A DNA stretch of 64,000 nt, from contig SVAX01000001.1 of assembly GCA_015059155.1 (NCBI GenBank), forward strand, positions 26,247 to 90,246, given 5' to 3'. This document shows, piece by piece, positions 27,462 through 36,519 of the stretch. The first letter of the stretch is position 1. Every line of letters begins with the position of its first letter. The notes beneath the pieces are model-generated. The model was not told where the DNA came from. It saw nothing but the letters and a program-made list of their open reading frames with translations, and did no database searches. This DNA is from Bacillota bacterium. Lineage in GTDB: Bacteria; Bacillota_I; Bacilli_A; RF39; UBA660. The position numbers and the translations under genes are program-made.

Positions 27462-28301
27462 TTATTCTAATATATTCTCTTCTAAATTTGTAAGTTTATA
27501 TCCTTTTGATTTGATATAAATAAGTATAGTAGATAATTCTTTTTTTACCTGTGAATTTATTTTTAAAGAAAGAAGTGAGCCTGATTCTAATTTTGACTTT
27601 ATATCTACTAATGGTGAATTTTCTGAAATTACTGTAGGTTTAATAGTATAATTACTTCTTAATACACACTCATCTAAATTATCTTGATTTTCATTTACAT
27701 TATAACAAAACCCTATACTCTGTTTATTTATTTTTTTTAAAACCATATCCATCCATTCAAAATTTGAATCTCTGTAATCTTCCATTAAAGGAGCAACTAT
27801 ATGACCTTTATTTATCAATTCTTCAACTAAATTATTATTATTACTAAACCAATTGTAACTTACAAAAAAAGTTGATTTTGCATTATAATTGTTAAGTATA
27901 TTTAATAAATCTCTTATATCTTCATCTGATTCTATAGTGAATATTAAACTTACCATTCTTTTACTTGGATTTCCCTTTATTACATATTTATCTATATTAT
28001 CATTTAAACTAATATTAGGTTTGGTATAATCATAAACAAATAATTTATCGCTAAAATATCCATTATCTTTCATAGCTTTATAGCTTTTATTTACATTAAC
28101 TTTTTTAGCACTTACTCCAGGTATTATTATATTATTATCTATTATAGCATCTATTGAGTCGGTCTTATATTCATCTTTTTTAGCTTTTATTTCTATCATA
28201 ATTTCATCCATATCACTTACAACTGTAGCAGTTTGTTCAGTCACAAAAAAACTAAAACAAGTTAAACTAATTAGGCCTATCATTTGAAATGTTTTTTTCA
28301 T
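27462..28301 (-). CDS. Secreted polysaccharide deacetylase-like (NodB-homology) protein; the first catalytic motif looks degenerate
   Basis: Signal-peptide-like N-terminus. Its layout resembles sporulation deacetylases (STFFVSYNWF, NKGHIV), but FTIESDED stands where TFDDG is expected. Confidence 0.4.
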   Translation of the reverse strand: MKKTFQMIGLISLTCFSFFVTEQTATVVSDMDEIMIEIKAKKDEYKTDSIDAIIDNNIIIPGVSAKKVNVNKSYKAMKDNGYFSDKLFVYDYTKPNISLNDNIDKYVIKGNPSKRMVSLIFTIESDEDIRDLLNILNNYNAKSTFFVSYNWFSNNNNLVEELINKGHIVAPLMEDYRDSNFEWMDMVLKKINKQSIGFCYNVNENQDNLDECVLRSNYTIKPTVISENSPLVDIKSKLESGSLLSLKINSQVKKELSTILIYIKSKGYKLTNLEENILE

Positions 28302-28343
28302 GAAATCACCTAATTAAATATATGTTTTAGTTTTTTATCTATA

Positions 28344-29441
28344 CTAGTTTAATTCTTTTAATTCATCTAGTACAAACTTTCCATCTTTGCGAATTAATAC
28401 ATCATCAAAATATATTTCTCCTCCGCCAAATTCTTCAGTTTGTATAAGTACTAAATCCCAATGTATGCTAGATACATTACCATTATCACAATCTTCATAA
28501 CATCTTCCAGGTGTAAAGTGTAAACTACCCATTATTTTTTCATCATATAATATATCTCCCATAGGTTTAGTTATCATAGGATTAAATCCTAGTGAGAATT
28601 CCCCTATATAACGAGCTCCTTCATCTGTATCAAATATTTCTTTTAATTTTTCTTCTTGTTGATCACAACTACAATTTACAATTTGTCCATCTTTAAATTC
28701 TAATCTTATATTACTAAATGTATTCCCATGGTATGGTGATGGGGTATTATAAGTTATAACACCATTAACACTTTCCTTTATTGGAGCAGTATAAAGTTCA
28801 CCATCTGGAATATTTGCTGTGCCACAGCAAGGGATTGCAGGCATTCCTTTAATACTAAATGTAATATCAGTATCAGGACCTACTATTCTAACCTTATCAG
28901 TTTTTTCCATTAAGTCTTTTAGTGGTTTTATTTTTTCATTCATACTTTGGTAGTCAACATTCATAACATCTAATGAATAGTTATAAAAATCATCATATTT
29001 CATTTTCGCTTTATAAGCATCAATTAGTGATGGATAATTTAAGAGTACCCATCTTCTTTGATTTATTCTAATATCATCTATTTCCCTAGATTTACTTCCT
29101 AATTCTTTTCTAACACTTGAAGTTACATTTTTATCTTCAAATTCATTTTCTGTATAACAAATTCTTATAAAACAATCAAAATTATCTACTTCATAAGTTT
29201 TCATTTTTACCATTTCATCTATAACTTTACTATCTGCATTTTCAAGTATCAAAGAGCTAATCTCATTATCCAATAATTTTACGAATGGTATTCCTTTATT
29301 TTTATAAATATCTTTAATTAAACATTTTACAAGTGGATTACACATACTACTTTCATATTGAATTAATACTCTATCATTTTCACTAACTTTAACTGAATAA
29401 TTAACTATAGTATTACTAAGTTGTTTTAATCTTTCATCCAT
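28344..29441 (-). CDS. Aminopeptidase, M29 (AmpS/PepS) family
   Basis: The length, the N-terminus (LSNTIVNYSVKV..NDRVLI) and the C-terminal blocks (PDGE.YTAP, IGEFSLGFNP, HFTPG) fit M29. Confidence 0.7.
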   Translation of the reverse strand: MDERLKQLSNTIVNYSVKVSENDRVLIQYESSMCNPLVKCLIKDIYKNKGIPFVKLLDNEISSLILENADSKVIDEMVKMKTYEVDNFDCFIRICYTENEFEDKNVTSSVRKELGSKSREIDDIRINQRRWVLLNYPSLIDAYKAKMKYDDFYNYSLDVMNVDYQSMNEKIKPLKDLMEKTDKVRIVGPDTDITFSIKGMPAIPCCGTANIPDGELYTAPIKESVNGVITYNTPSPYHGNTFSNIRLEFKDGQIVNCSCDQQEEKLKEIFDTDEGARYIGEFSLGFNPMITKPMGDILYDEKIMGSLHFTPGRCYEDCDNGNVSSIHWDLVLIQTEEFGGGEIYFDDVLIRKDGKFVLDELKELN

Positions 29442-29492
29442 ATTATCACCAATTCTTTCTCATAACATATTATACCATGAAAGGAGTTTTTT

Positions 29493-29762
29493 ATGTATAA
29501 TTCTTATCAAATTCCAGGAAGTTTTAATAATTCTATGAATAGTTCTTTCGATAGTTCTATAAGTAGACCTATAAATAGCAGTTTCGATAGTAGACTTATT
29601 GGTGGTGGATTTGCTGGGCCATTTTTACTTGGAGGTATAACAGGTGGATTAATTTCTCCACTATTTTATGGTAGAAGACCTTACTATAATAATTATTATT
29701 ACTATCCTCCATACCCAAGACCATATCCTCCAAGACCTTACCCACCATACAGACCATATTAA
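29493..29762 (+). CDS. Pro/Tyr/Gly-rich small protein, CotT-like putative spore coat protein
   Basis: Good SD (AAAGGAG) and its own terminator. It has a Gly-rich hydrophobic centre and a tail YYGRRPYYNNYYYYPPYPRPYPPRPYPPYRPY, reminiscent of B. subtilis CotT composition. Confidence 0.45.
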   Translation: MYNSYQIPGSFNNSMNSSFDSSISRPINSSFDSRLIGGGFAGPFLLGGITGGLISPLFYGRRPYYNNYYYYPPYPRPYPPRPYPPYRPY

Positions 29763-29784
29763 AAACAGTTAATCTGTTTTTTTA
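29761..29784 (+). terminator. Terminator of the CotT-like gene
   Basis: AAACAG / CTGTTT with a 5-nt loop, followed by TTTT. Confidence 0.6.
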
Positions 29785-31217
29785 AGAACAAAAGTCAAAA
29801 TAAATTTTGACCTGCCTAACTTCACAGTTAGGCTTTTCTACTTCATTGAAGTTTTTACTTCTCCATAGACCAGTTTCGGATAGTTGCTACCCTACTTATT
29901 TTTATCTGTCAAAATTTAACTGACTTGCAGTTCTATTCCTTTCCTCATATATATTTTTATTCCTTCAAACATTATATTTATACTTGCATTTATATCTCTA
30001 TTATTAATGTTGGTACAATTTGGACATTCCCACTTTCTTATATTTAAATCTTTCACTTTCTTTTCTTGATATCCACATCTTGAACATATTTGACTACTTG
30101 GATAATATGTTTCTATTTGGTAAAACTTTTTGTTTCTCCATTTACTTTTATATTCTAATTGTCTTATTAGCTCATACCATGATGCATCATATATTTTCTT
30201 TGAAAGATTTTTGTTTTGTACCATTTCATTAATTTTCAATTTCTCTGTTACTATTATATCATTATCAGTAACTAGTTTTTTAGAAATTGAATGTATGAGA
30301 TATTTTCTTGCGTTCTTTATTTTTTTATATACTGTTTGAAGTTTTTTTATTATCTTATATCTATTCTTACTTCCTGGCTTACTTCTTGACAACCATCTAT
30401 TTAATCCTTTTAATTTCTTTTCATATTTTTCTATTATATGTTTATTCTCTATTGTTTCTCCATCACTTGTTATTATTAAATCTTTTATTCCTAAGTCTAT
30501 TCCTATTATTTTTGTAGGGATAAGTTTAGGAATTGTAATATATTGTTCTACACATATACTTACATAATATTTTCCGGCTTCTTTATAAATAGTCGCATTT
30601 ATTATTTTTCCATTTATTTGGTTTAAGTTTCTATATCCTCTAATTTTTACTTCTTTTAATTTAGGTAGTTTTATTACTCTATTTTCTAAATCTATACTTA
30701 TACTATTATAAGTTTTTCCTTTATATGTACTTGTTATATTATTTGTTCTATATGATGGTCTTGTTTTTGTTTTTGATTTAAACTTTGGATATTCACTTAA
30801 TCCTTTACTATATCTTTTAAAACTATCTTCCAAATTAAATATACTACATCTAAGTAAACAGCTATCTACTTCACTTAACCATTCTTTTTCTTTTATTAAG
30901 TTTGGTATTTCTTTTATTACGTTATAACTATTTATATAATTTTTATTTTTACCTAAGAAATAGTTATAGATATATCTAGAACATCCAAAGCTTTTTTCTA
31001 TTAGTTCTATTTGTTTATCATTTGGATATAATCTAAATACATATCCTTTCATTATTTTTTTCATATACCAAACTCCCTTTATCATTAATGTATTAACATT
31101 ATAACAAAAGAACATTTGTTTGTAAATGAAATTTATGTGAAACTTTTATGAAATTACCAAGCACTTTCCTATTATATAAAAAAAGTTATAAACTTGCATC
31201 AAAATATAAACTGCATC
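29785..31217 (-). mobile_element. IS200/IS605-family element of the IS1341 type (tnpB only, no tnpA); boundaries approximate
   Basis: A TnpB ORF with structured ends: hairpins CCTAACTGTGAAGTTAGG and GTCAAAATTTATTTTGAC downstream of tnpB, and TTGAT pentanucleotides at the left end. It is wedged between two terminators. Confidence 0.65.
29916..31064 (-). CDS. tnpB: TnpB (OrfB) RNA-guided endonuclease-like transposon protein
   Basis: MKGYVFRLYPNDKQIELIEKSFGCSRYIYN N-terminus, RuvC-I GIDLGIKD, the zinc finger CSRCGY..CPNC, and RuvC-III NRDINASINI. I place the start at the ATG at 31064 behind AAGGGAG, because the TTTACA-17-TATAAT promoter lies inside the longer track ORF. Confidence 0.85.
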   Translation of the reverse strand: MKKIMKGYVFRLYPNDKQIELIEKSFGCSRYIYNYFLGKNKNYINSYNVIKEIPNLIKEKEWLSEVDSCLLRCSIFNLEDSFKRYSKGLSEYPKFKSKTKTRPSYRTNNITSTYKGKTYNSISIDLENRVIKLPKLKEVKIRGYRNLNQINGKIINATIYKEAGKYYVSICVEQYITIPKLIPTKIIGIDLGIKDLIITSDGETIENKHIIEKYEKKLKGLNRWLSRSKPGSKNRYKIIKKLQTVYKKIKNARKYLIHSISKKLVTDNDIIVTEKLKINEMVQNKNLSKKIYDASWYELIRQLEYKSKWRNKKFYQIETYYPSSQICSRCGYQEKKVKDLNIRKWECPNCTNINNRDINASINIMFEGIKIYMRKGIELQVS

Positions 31218-31220
31218 ATC

Positions 31221-31253
31221 AAAAAAATAGAAACATTTTAAATTTGTTTCTAT
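31221..31253 (-). terminator. Terminator downstream of rluD
   Basis: ATAGAAACA / TGTTTCTAT stem followed by T6 on the minus strand. Confidence 0.65.
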
Positions 31254-31256
31254 TTT

Positions 31257-32159
31257 TTATATACTCTCTTCTTCAAATATACTTAATATATTTTTAAAAC
31301 ATTCAGGCAATTCACATTTAAACTCCATATACTTATTAGTTGTTGGATGATTAAATCCTATTTGAAAAGCGTGTAAACATTGTCCACTATCATCTATTAG
31401 CTTTCTTCTACCATATACTGGATCATTAACTACAGGATGATTTATATAATTCATATGAACTCTTATTTGATGTGTTCTTCCTGTTTCAAGTTGTAATTCT
31501 ATTAAAGTTGCATCCTTAAATCTTTTTAATACTTTTAAATGAGTTATAGCATCTTTACTATTAATACTAGTTACTGCCATTTTCTTTCTATCATTATTAT
31601 CTCTTCCTATTGGAGCATCTATAGTCGCAGTATCTTCTTTTATTACTCCCCAAACTAAAGCTATATATCTTCTTGTTGTTTCCTTTTTACTAAGTTCTTT
31701 AGCTAGTATTTCATGAGATTTATTGTTTTTAGCTACCATAAGTAATCCTGTTGTATATGCATCTATTCTGTGCACTATTCCTGGTCTAAATTCGCCATTT
31801 ATATTACTTAAATTTTTAGAATAATAAAGTAAAGCGTTTACAAGAGTCCCATGATTATTACCTACTGCAGGATGAACTACCATTCCATTAGGCTTATTTA
31901 CTACCATAACATCTTCATCTTCATAAACAATATCTAAAGGTATATTTTCAGGTTCAACATTCATCTCTTCTTCAACATATTCCCCCACTGTTATTACATC
32001 ATCTTTTTTTAATGAGTAACTATTTTTAACACTCTTACCATTTACTAAAATAGTTTCATCACTTATCATTTTGCTTATTTTACTTCTACTATAATCTAAC
32101 TCATTACTTAAATAAGTATCTATCCTTATATTTTTATCTTCACTTACAACTATCTCCAT
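31257..32159 (-). CDS. rluD: 23S rRNA pseudouridine synthase, RluA/RluD family
   Basis: N-terminal S4 domain, and HRIDAYTTGLLMVAK with the catalytic Asp. Confidence 0.85.
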   Translation of the reverse strand: MEIVVSEDKNIRIDTYLSNELDYSRSKISKMISDETILVNGKSVKNSYSLKKDDVITVGEYVEEEMNVEPENIPLDIVYEDEDVMVVNKPNGMVVHPAVGNNHGTLVNALLYYSKNLSNINGEFRPGIVHRIDAYTTGLLMVAKNNKSHEILAKELSKKETTRRYIALVWGVIKEDTATIDAPIGRDNNDRKKMAVTSINSKDAITHLKVLKRFKDATLIELQLETGRTHQIRVHMNYINHPVVNDPVYGRRKLIDDSGQCLHAFQIGFNHPTTNKYMEFKCELPECFKNILSIFEEESI

Positions 32160-32617
32160 AAGTCCTCCTTAATCATCCTCAAAAGCATAATTATAACGGA
32201 TACTACAATACATATATCTGCAAAATTAAATATTGGAAAATAATAACTTCCAAATTTAAAACTTAAATAATCTATTACATATCCATAAACTATTCTATCT
32301 ATTAAATTACCAACTATTCCTCCCATTAACAAAGAATAAGTAAATATATCTATATCATCAATAACTTCTAATTTTTTTATATATATAATAAGACCTACTA
32401 AAGCAACAATTCCTATCAATATAAGTAAAATCTTACTACCTGTAAGTATACTAAAGGCTGCTCCTTTATTGTGTACAAGTGTAATTGAAAAAAAATCTTT
32501 TATAACTACATAAGTTTGATTAACAATAATTTTACTGCTTAATACTATTTTTACTACTTGATCTATTATTGTAAATATAATACCAAAAAACAGAATATCT
32601 TTTAATCCTTTTTTCAT
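32150..32617 (-). CDS. lspA: Lipoprotein signal peptidase II
   Basis: Motifs NKGAAFS, GGIVGNLIDR and FNFADICI. Confidence 0.9.
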   Translation of the reverse strand: MKKGLKDILFFGIIFTIIDQVVKIVLSSKIIVNQTYVVIKDFFSITLVHNKGAAFSILTGSKILLILIGIVALVGLIIYIKKLEVIDDIDIFTYSLLMGGIVGNLIDRIVYGYVIDYLSFKFGSYYFPIFNFADICIVVSVIIMLLRMIKEDLWR

Positions 32618-32663
32618 TTTATCACCTAACTAATTATAACACAATAACTCAAAAAAAAGAAGA

Positions 32664-33053
32664 TTACTTCTTTTTTATCGGTTTAATAATTAAATGATTA
32701 TAAGCACCTGTACTTAATACTTTTTCTTCGCCTTCAAAAATTTTACCTGTTAAAATTCTTCCTTGTAAATCAACTATTTCACTTCTTAATATCGATTTAG
32801 ATAATTCATATAAACTTTTTTTATAAAAATTTTGATCATTCTTATTTTGGGCATTTTCTATTAAATTATTTAGCTTATTAAATCTATCTTCTAAGCTTTT
32901 TACACTATATATTTCATGTACATCAAATTGTTTATTATATAATATAACCAATTCTTCTCCTGGCTCTCTTTTTGTAGTAGCAGGTATACATATTCTACCT
33001 TTTTTATCTACACTTATTTCTACTTGCCCAAATAATGGTTTTTCTCCAAACAT
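32664..33053 (-). CDS. MraZ-like (SpoVT/AbrB-type) DNA-binding protein, not linked to rsmH
   Basis: Two DxxGR repeats (VDKKGRICIP and VDLQGRILT) in a 129-aa protein starting MFGE, as in MraZ. Confidence 0.6.
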   Translation of the reverse strand: MFGEKPLFGQVEISVDKKGRICIPATTKREPGEELVILYNKQFDVHEIYSVKSLEDRFNKLNNLIENAQNKNDQNFYKKSLYELSKSILRSEIVDLQGRILTGKIFEGEEKVLSTGAYNHLIIKPIKKK

Positions 33054-33103
33054 TTTAATTCTCTCCTTTGCCGGATAATATTATACATGATTTTTTAAAA
33101 ATG

Positions 33104-34135
33104 TCAAAGCTTTTCTTTATTACTATTTAAAAAATATATGTAAGCTAATTTATTGTTAATTATCATGTATACAACAATGTTCTCCCTTTTATAGCACAAT
33201 ATAGGTAAATGTAACTCTTTTTGTATATCAATCATACTTTTAAAATATAAAGTTTTTATACATACAATATCTTTATCTTTTGGTAATGCATTTATTGGTA
33301 CAACAATATTTTCATAATCCTTCATTATTTTTCTATATTTAAATTCTAAATAATGAGATTTTTTAAATTTAAAAAACTTCTTTAATTCAAAAATTATAAG
33401 TACTATAAATATTGTTACACTAGCTATTATTAATATATTTAATAATAATTCTTTTATGTTTCTATTATTACTTAAAACTTTACCTTTATATTCTTTATTA
33501 CTACTATTTATAGAAAATGTGTTTTTTTCAAGAGGTAAAGTAAGAGTGTATTTATACTCTTCCTTTTGATTATTTTCAAATTCTACAAATACTTTTAATT
33601 CTAATAATAACTTAGATTTTACCGCTATATTTACAGAATTATTATATTCTTTTGCAATATTATTGTAATAATCATAATTTAATGAAACTTTATCTTTTAT
33701 ATAAAATACATTAGAAAAAGTATTAGTATAATTATAATTTATTAATTTTTGTTGTTTTCTAAAAACTTCTTTATTCTCTATTGATGAATCATCTAATTCT
33801 GAAATAACATAAGAATTTATTTCATATTTATATTTAAAATTTATATTTTCATCTAAAGTAAATTTATAATCTAAATCTACTAAAATATTATTTACTGTAG
33901 AAGATACAAACAAAGATTGATTACCAGTATTATCTCCAGTTATCATTCCTGGTTTAGCTTCTATTTCATAATTCATTTTTCCATCTAAAATATAATTTGA
34001 TAAACTATCATTATTATCTATATTAGTTTTAATTATAAATAATATAGTACAAATACCAAATAAACTAATTAAATATATTATAAATTTATTATAAATTTTA
34101 TTCATCTTAAACACACTATCACCACTTCTATCCAT
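33104..34135 (-). CDS. Hypothetical bitopic membrane protein (TM, about 200 aa extracytoplasmic beta-rich domain, TM, about 95 aa cytoplasmic tail)
   Basis: Hydrophobic segments FIIYLISLFGICTILFII and LLLNILIIASVTIFIVLIIF. It overlaps the signal peptidase gene by 8 nt. Confidence 0.55.
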   Translation of the reverse strand: MDRSGDSVFKMNKIYNKFIIYLISLFGICTILFIIKTNIDNNDSLSNYILDGKMNYEIEAKPGMITGDNTGNQSLFVSSTVNNILVDLDYKFTLDENINFKYKYEINSYVISELDDSSIENKEVFRKQQKLINYNYTNTFSNVFYIKDKVSLNYDYYNNIAKEYNNSVNIAVKSKLLLELKVFVEFENNQKEEYKYTLTLPLEKNTFSINSSNKEYKGKVLSNNRNIKELLLNILIIASVTIFIVLIIFELKKFFKFKKSHYLEFKYRKIMKDYENIVVPINALPKDKDIVCIKTLYFKSMIDIQKELHLPILCYKRENIVVYMIINNKLAYIYFLNSNKEKL

Positions 34136-35267
34136 TTAATACTTCATACATAAACATTTTAATACTTCCTAAATATTTAATATGAAAAATATATTTCCCC
34201 TTTATATCACTTAATTTTACTATTTGATTATCATTATTTTCGTTATTATCACCTTTTGTTATAATCCCATTATCTTGTATATTTACAATTCTATGTATAA
34301 TTGTATTTTCATTTTTATCATAATAAACAATTATATCACCTATATTTAAATTATCTTTTTCTTCTTCATTTAATTTTTTATAAACAATCGTATCACCTTT
34401 AGAATATAATGGCTGCATACTATTTGAAAGGATAGCTATCGATCCATATTTAAACACACCACTATAACCTAATATTATTAATACTATAATTAACATTATA
34501 GGTGTATAACTCAGCAAATTTTGCTTAGTATGATCTTGATAAACTTTAGAAATATCCAGTTCATGGTATTTATCAATAATTAAATAAACTATAACTGGTA
34601 AAGACGTATTTATCATACCACTTATAAAAAAATTTAAATTAGGTACTATTGGTATAAAAATAGAATAAATAGTAATTATTAATTTATATATTATTGATAT
34701 TTTATAACTAGCAATACTAGTTAAATAAGTTAACACAAGTTCTAAAGATATAAGAGGAATTAAATTAAGACATAAAAATTTTAAAAATGATTCTCCACTT
34801 ATAAAAACACTATTTAAACTATTAAAATTTAAATTTATCAATATAAATAATATACTAATAACAAACCTTATTTTATTTGAATTACTAGAATAATTACAAA
34901 GTACTCCCCTAATATATTCTTGAAATATAATTGGTAAAATAAATATATATACATTTTTTAATATATATTTTAAACTATCATTTTGATATACATTATAACT
35001 AAATCCAAATATTAATCCTAAAGAAAAATGTATTATTAAATATATAATTAATATTATAATAACTGTATATATTTTATCTTTCTTATCATAAAAATGATTA
35101 TAATCTGAATGTGTTATAAATATTCCTATAATAAAAATTATAAACCAAATTATAGGTATTATATTTGTTATCATAGGAATCATATTTATAGCACTTAAAA
35201 TTTTAATAAAAAGAAAGCAAATTATAATTATATACAAAGATTTAGTATTACTATTTATTTTTTTCAT
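34128..35267 (-). CDS. SipW-type (ER/archaeal-type S26B) signal peptidase fused to an N-terminal polytopic membrane domain of about 260 aa
   Basis: The C-terminal 110 aa carry SNSMQP (catalytic Ser), IIHRIV (His) and TKGDNNENND, as in SipW/Sec11-type peptidases. They are preceded by about 8 hydrophobic segments. Confidence 0.7.
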   Translation of the reverse strand: MKKINSNTKSLYIIIICFLFIKILSAINMIPMITNIIPIIWFIIFIIGIFITHSDYNHFYDKKDKIYTVIIILIIYLIIHFSLGLIFGFSYNVYQNDSLKYILKNVYIFILPIIFQEYIRGVLCNYSSNSNKIRFVISILFILINLNFNSLNSVFISGESFLKFLCLNLIPLISLELVLTYLTSIASYKISIIYKLIITIYSIFIPIVPNLNFFISGMINTSLPVIVYLIIDKYHELDISKVYQDHTKQNLLSYTPIMLIIVLIILGYSGVFKYGSIAILSNSMQPLYSKGDTIVYKKLNEEEKDNLNIGDIIVYYDKNENTIIHRIVNIQDNGIITKGDNNENNDNQIVKLSDIKGKYIFHIKYLGSIKMFMYEVLNG

Positions 35268-35287
35268 AATTTGCTCCTTTTTATTTA

Positions 35288-36178
35288 TTAATATACAAAA
35301 TACGATAAAGTTATTTCATTTGATGCGAATTGAATATAATTAGATTCATCAGATGCAATTACAAATTCTAGCGAATGTAGATTACCATCTTTTAAATTAT
35401 CCCCAGGGGTAAACGAAATATTATTAGAATTATAATAGTTATTATAATAACTTTCTCCTTGAGTATAAACTTGATAACTAACCTTTTCATATTCCCCGTC
35501 ATCAACTGACATATATAAGTGACAGTTTTCACCATAAGTTACCCCTTCTGGCAAATTAATTACTTCTATCTCAAAGGATTCATCACGATGGTCTGTTCCA
35601 AACACTATATAAGGTTGCGCAGAATTTATTTCTTCATCAATTACTTGTTGAGTGTTAAATGTAATCGAAATATCACTTGTAGTTTCACCAGATAATGCAT
35701 CTGAGTAATTATAAGATAAATTAACAATATATTTAACATTTTCGCCTGGAGATAAAGTAACATTTGTTAGATCTATAGGAGTATCTAAAGTTATATCTGT
35801 TGATCCATTTTTTACTATATCAATATTATCAAATACTGCAGCTATACTTCCTTTATTTTCAATTGTTACAAGATATGTTATAGATGTATCTAATCCTAAT
35901 CTTACATTAAAATTAGCAGTATCTGAAGTATATGATGGTTTTTCTATTTCAGCAACATCGCCTGTTATAAAAATTTCGCCTGCTCCCTTTCCTCCAGAAA
36001 AAAAAGTTCCATCATTATCTAATCTTTCAATTCCAGTAATTTCAACGTTAAAGTCAGAATCTATAGTAGCACTTCCTTCTATTTTTAATTGTTTTGATAA
36101 AATGGAATAACCTACTCCCATACCTAAAACAACAAACAATAATAATGCTATAACTACTATTTTTTTATTTTTTCTCAT
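35288..36178 (-). CDS. Secreted beta-rich protein, candidate SipW substrate (TasA/camelysin-like role)
   Basis: N-terminus MRKNKKIVVIALLLFVVLGMGVGYSILSKQLKIEGSATI, followed by a Thr/Ser/Asn-rich region predicted to be beta. It lies directly upstream of the SipW-type peptidase. I place the start at the ATG at 36178 behind AGGTGA. Confidence 0.55.
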   Translation of the reverse strand: MRKNKKIVVIALLLFVVLGMGVGYSILSKQLKIEGSATIDSDFNVEITGIERLDNDGTFFSGGKGAGEIFITGDVAEIEKPSYTSDTANFNVRLGLDTSITYLVTIENKGSIAAVFDNIDIVKNGSTDITLDTPIDLTNVTLSPGENVKYIVNLSYNYSDALSGETTSDISITFNTQQVIDEEINSAQPYIVFGTDHRDESFEIEVINLPEGVTYGENCHLYMSVDDGEYEKVSYQVYTQGESYYNNYYNSNNISFTPGDNLKDGNLHSLEFVIASDESNYIQFASNEITLSYFVY

Positions 36179-36279
36179 TTTATCACCTACCTTTCTATGA
36201 TAATTATAGCACAAAGTTAACGACGTGTCATTAATTTTTGCAGAAATTTGTCGAATTTTAGGAAATAAAAAAAGAAGAT

Positions 36280-36519
36280 TTAATCTTCTCTATCAACATT
36301 AATAAATAATTCATCATCAAAAAATTCGCTAAGTGTTATTCCTAAACCATCACATATTCTAATTATTGTAAGTAATTTAGGATTTTTAGATTTACCATTT
36401 ACTAAACTATCAACTGTACTTTGTGTTAGGCATGAAATACTAGCTAACTTATTTATTGTTATATCTTTTTCTCTTAAAATTTTATTTATTTTTTCAGACA
36501 TTGCTTCAGTTATTTTCAT
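36280..36519 (-). CDS. XRE-family helix-turn-helix transcriptional regulator (SinR-like size)
   Basis: HTH_3 signature (INKLASISCLTQSTVDSLVNGKSKNPKLLTIIRICDGLGITLSEFF), with its own terminator. Confidence 0.75.
   Translation of the reverse strand: MKITEAMSEKINKILREKDITINKLASISCLTQSTVDSLVNGKSKNPKLLTIIRICDGLGITLSEFFDDELFINVDRED

Noticed and set aside
30020-30517. Three plus-strand ORFs of about 70 aa inside tnpB.
   Set aside because: They are antisense shadows of tnpB with Phe/Leu/Ile-rich nonsense translations.
29785-31217. A complete IS605-type element with tnpA.
   Set aside because: No ORF resembling an HUH Y1 transposase exists on either side of tnpB. The element is called tnpB-only (IS1341-like) and may be non-autonomous.
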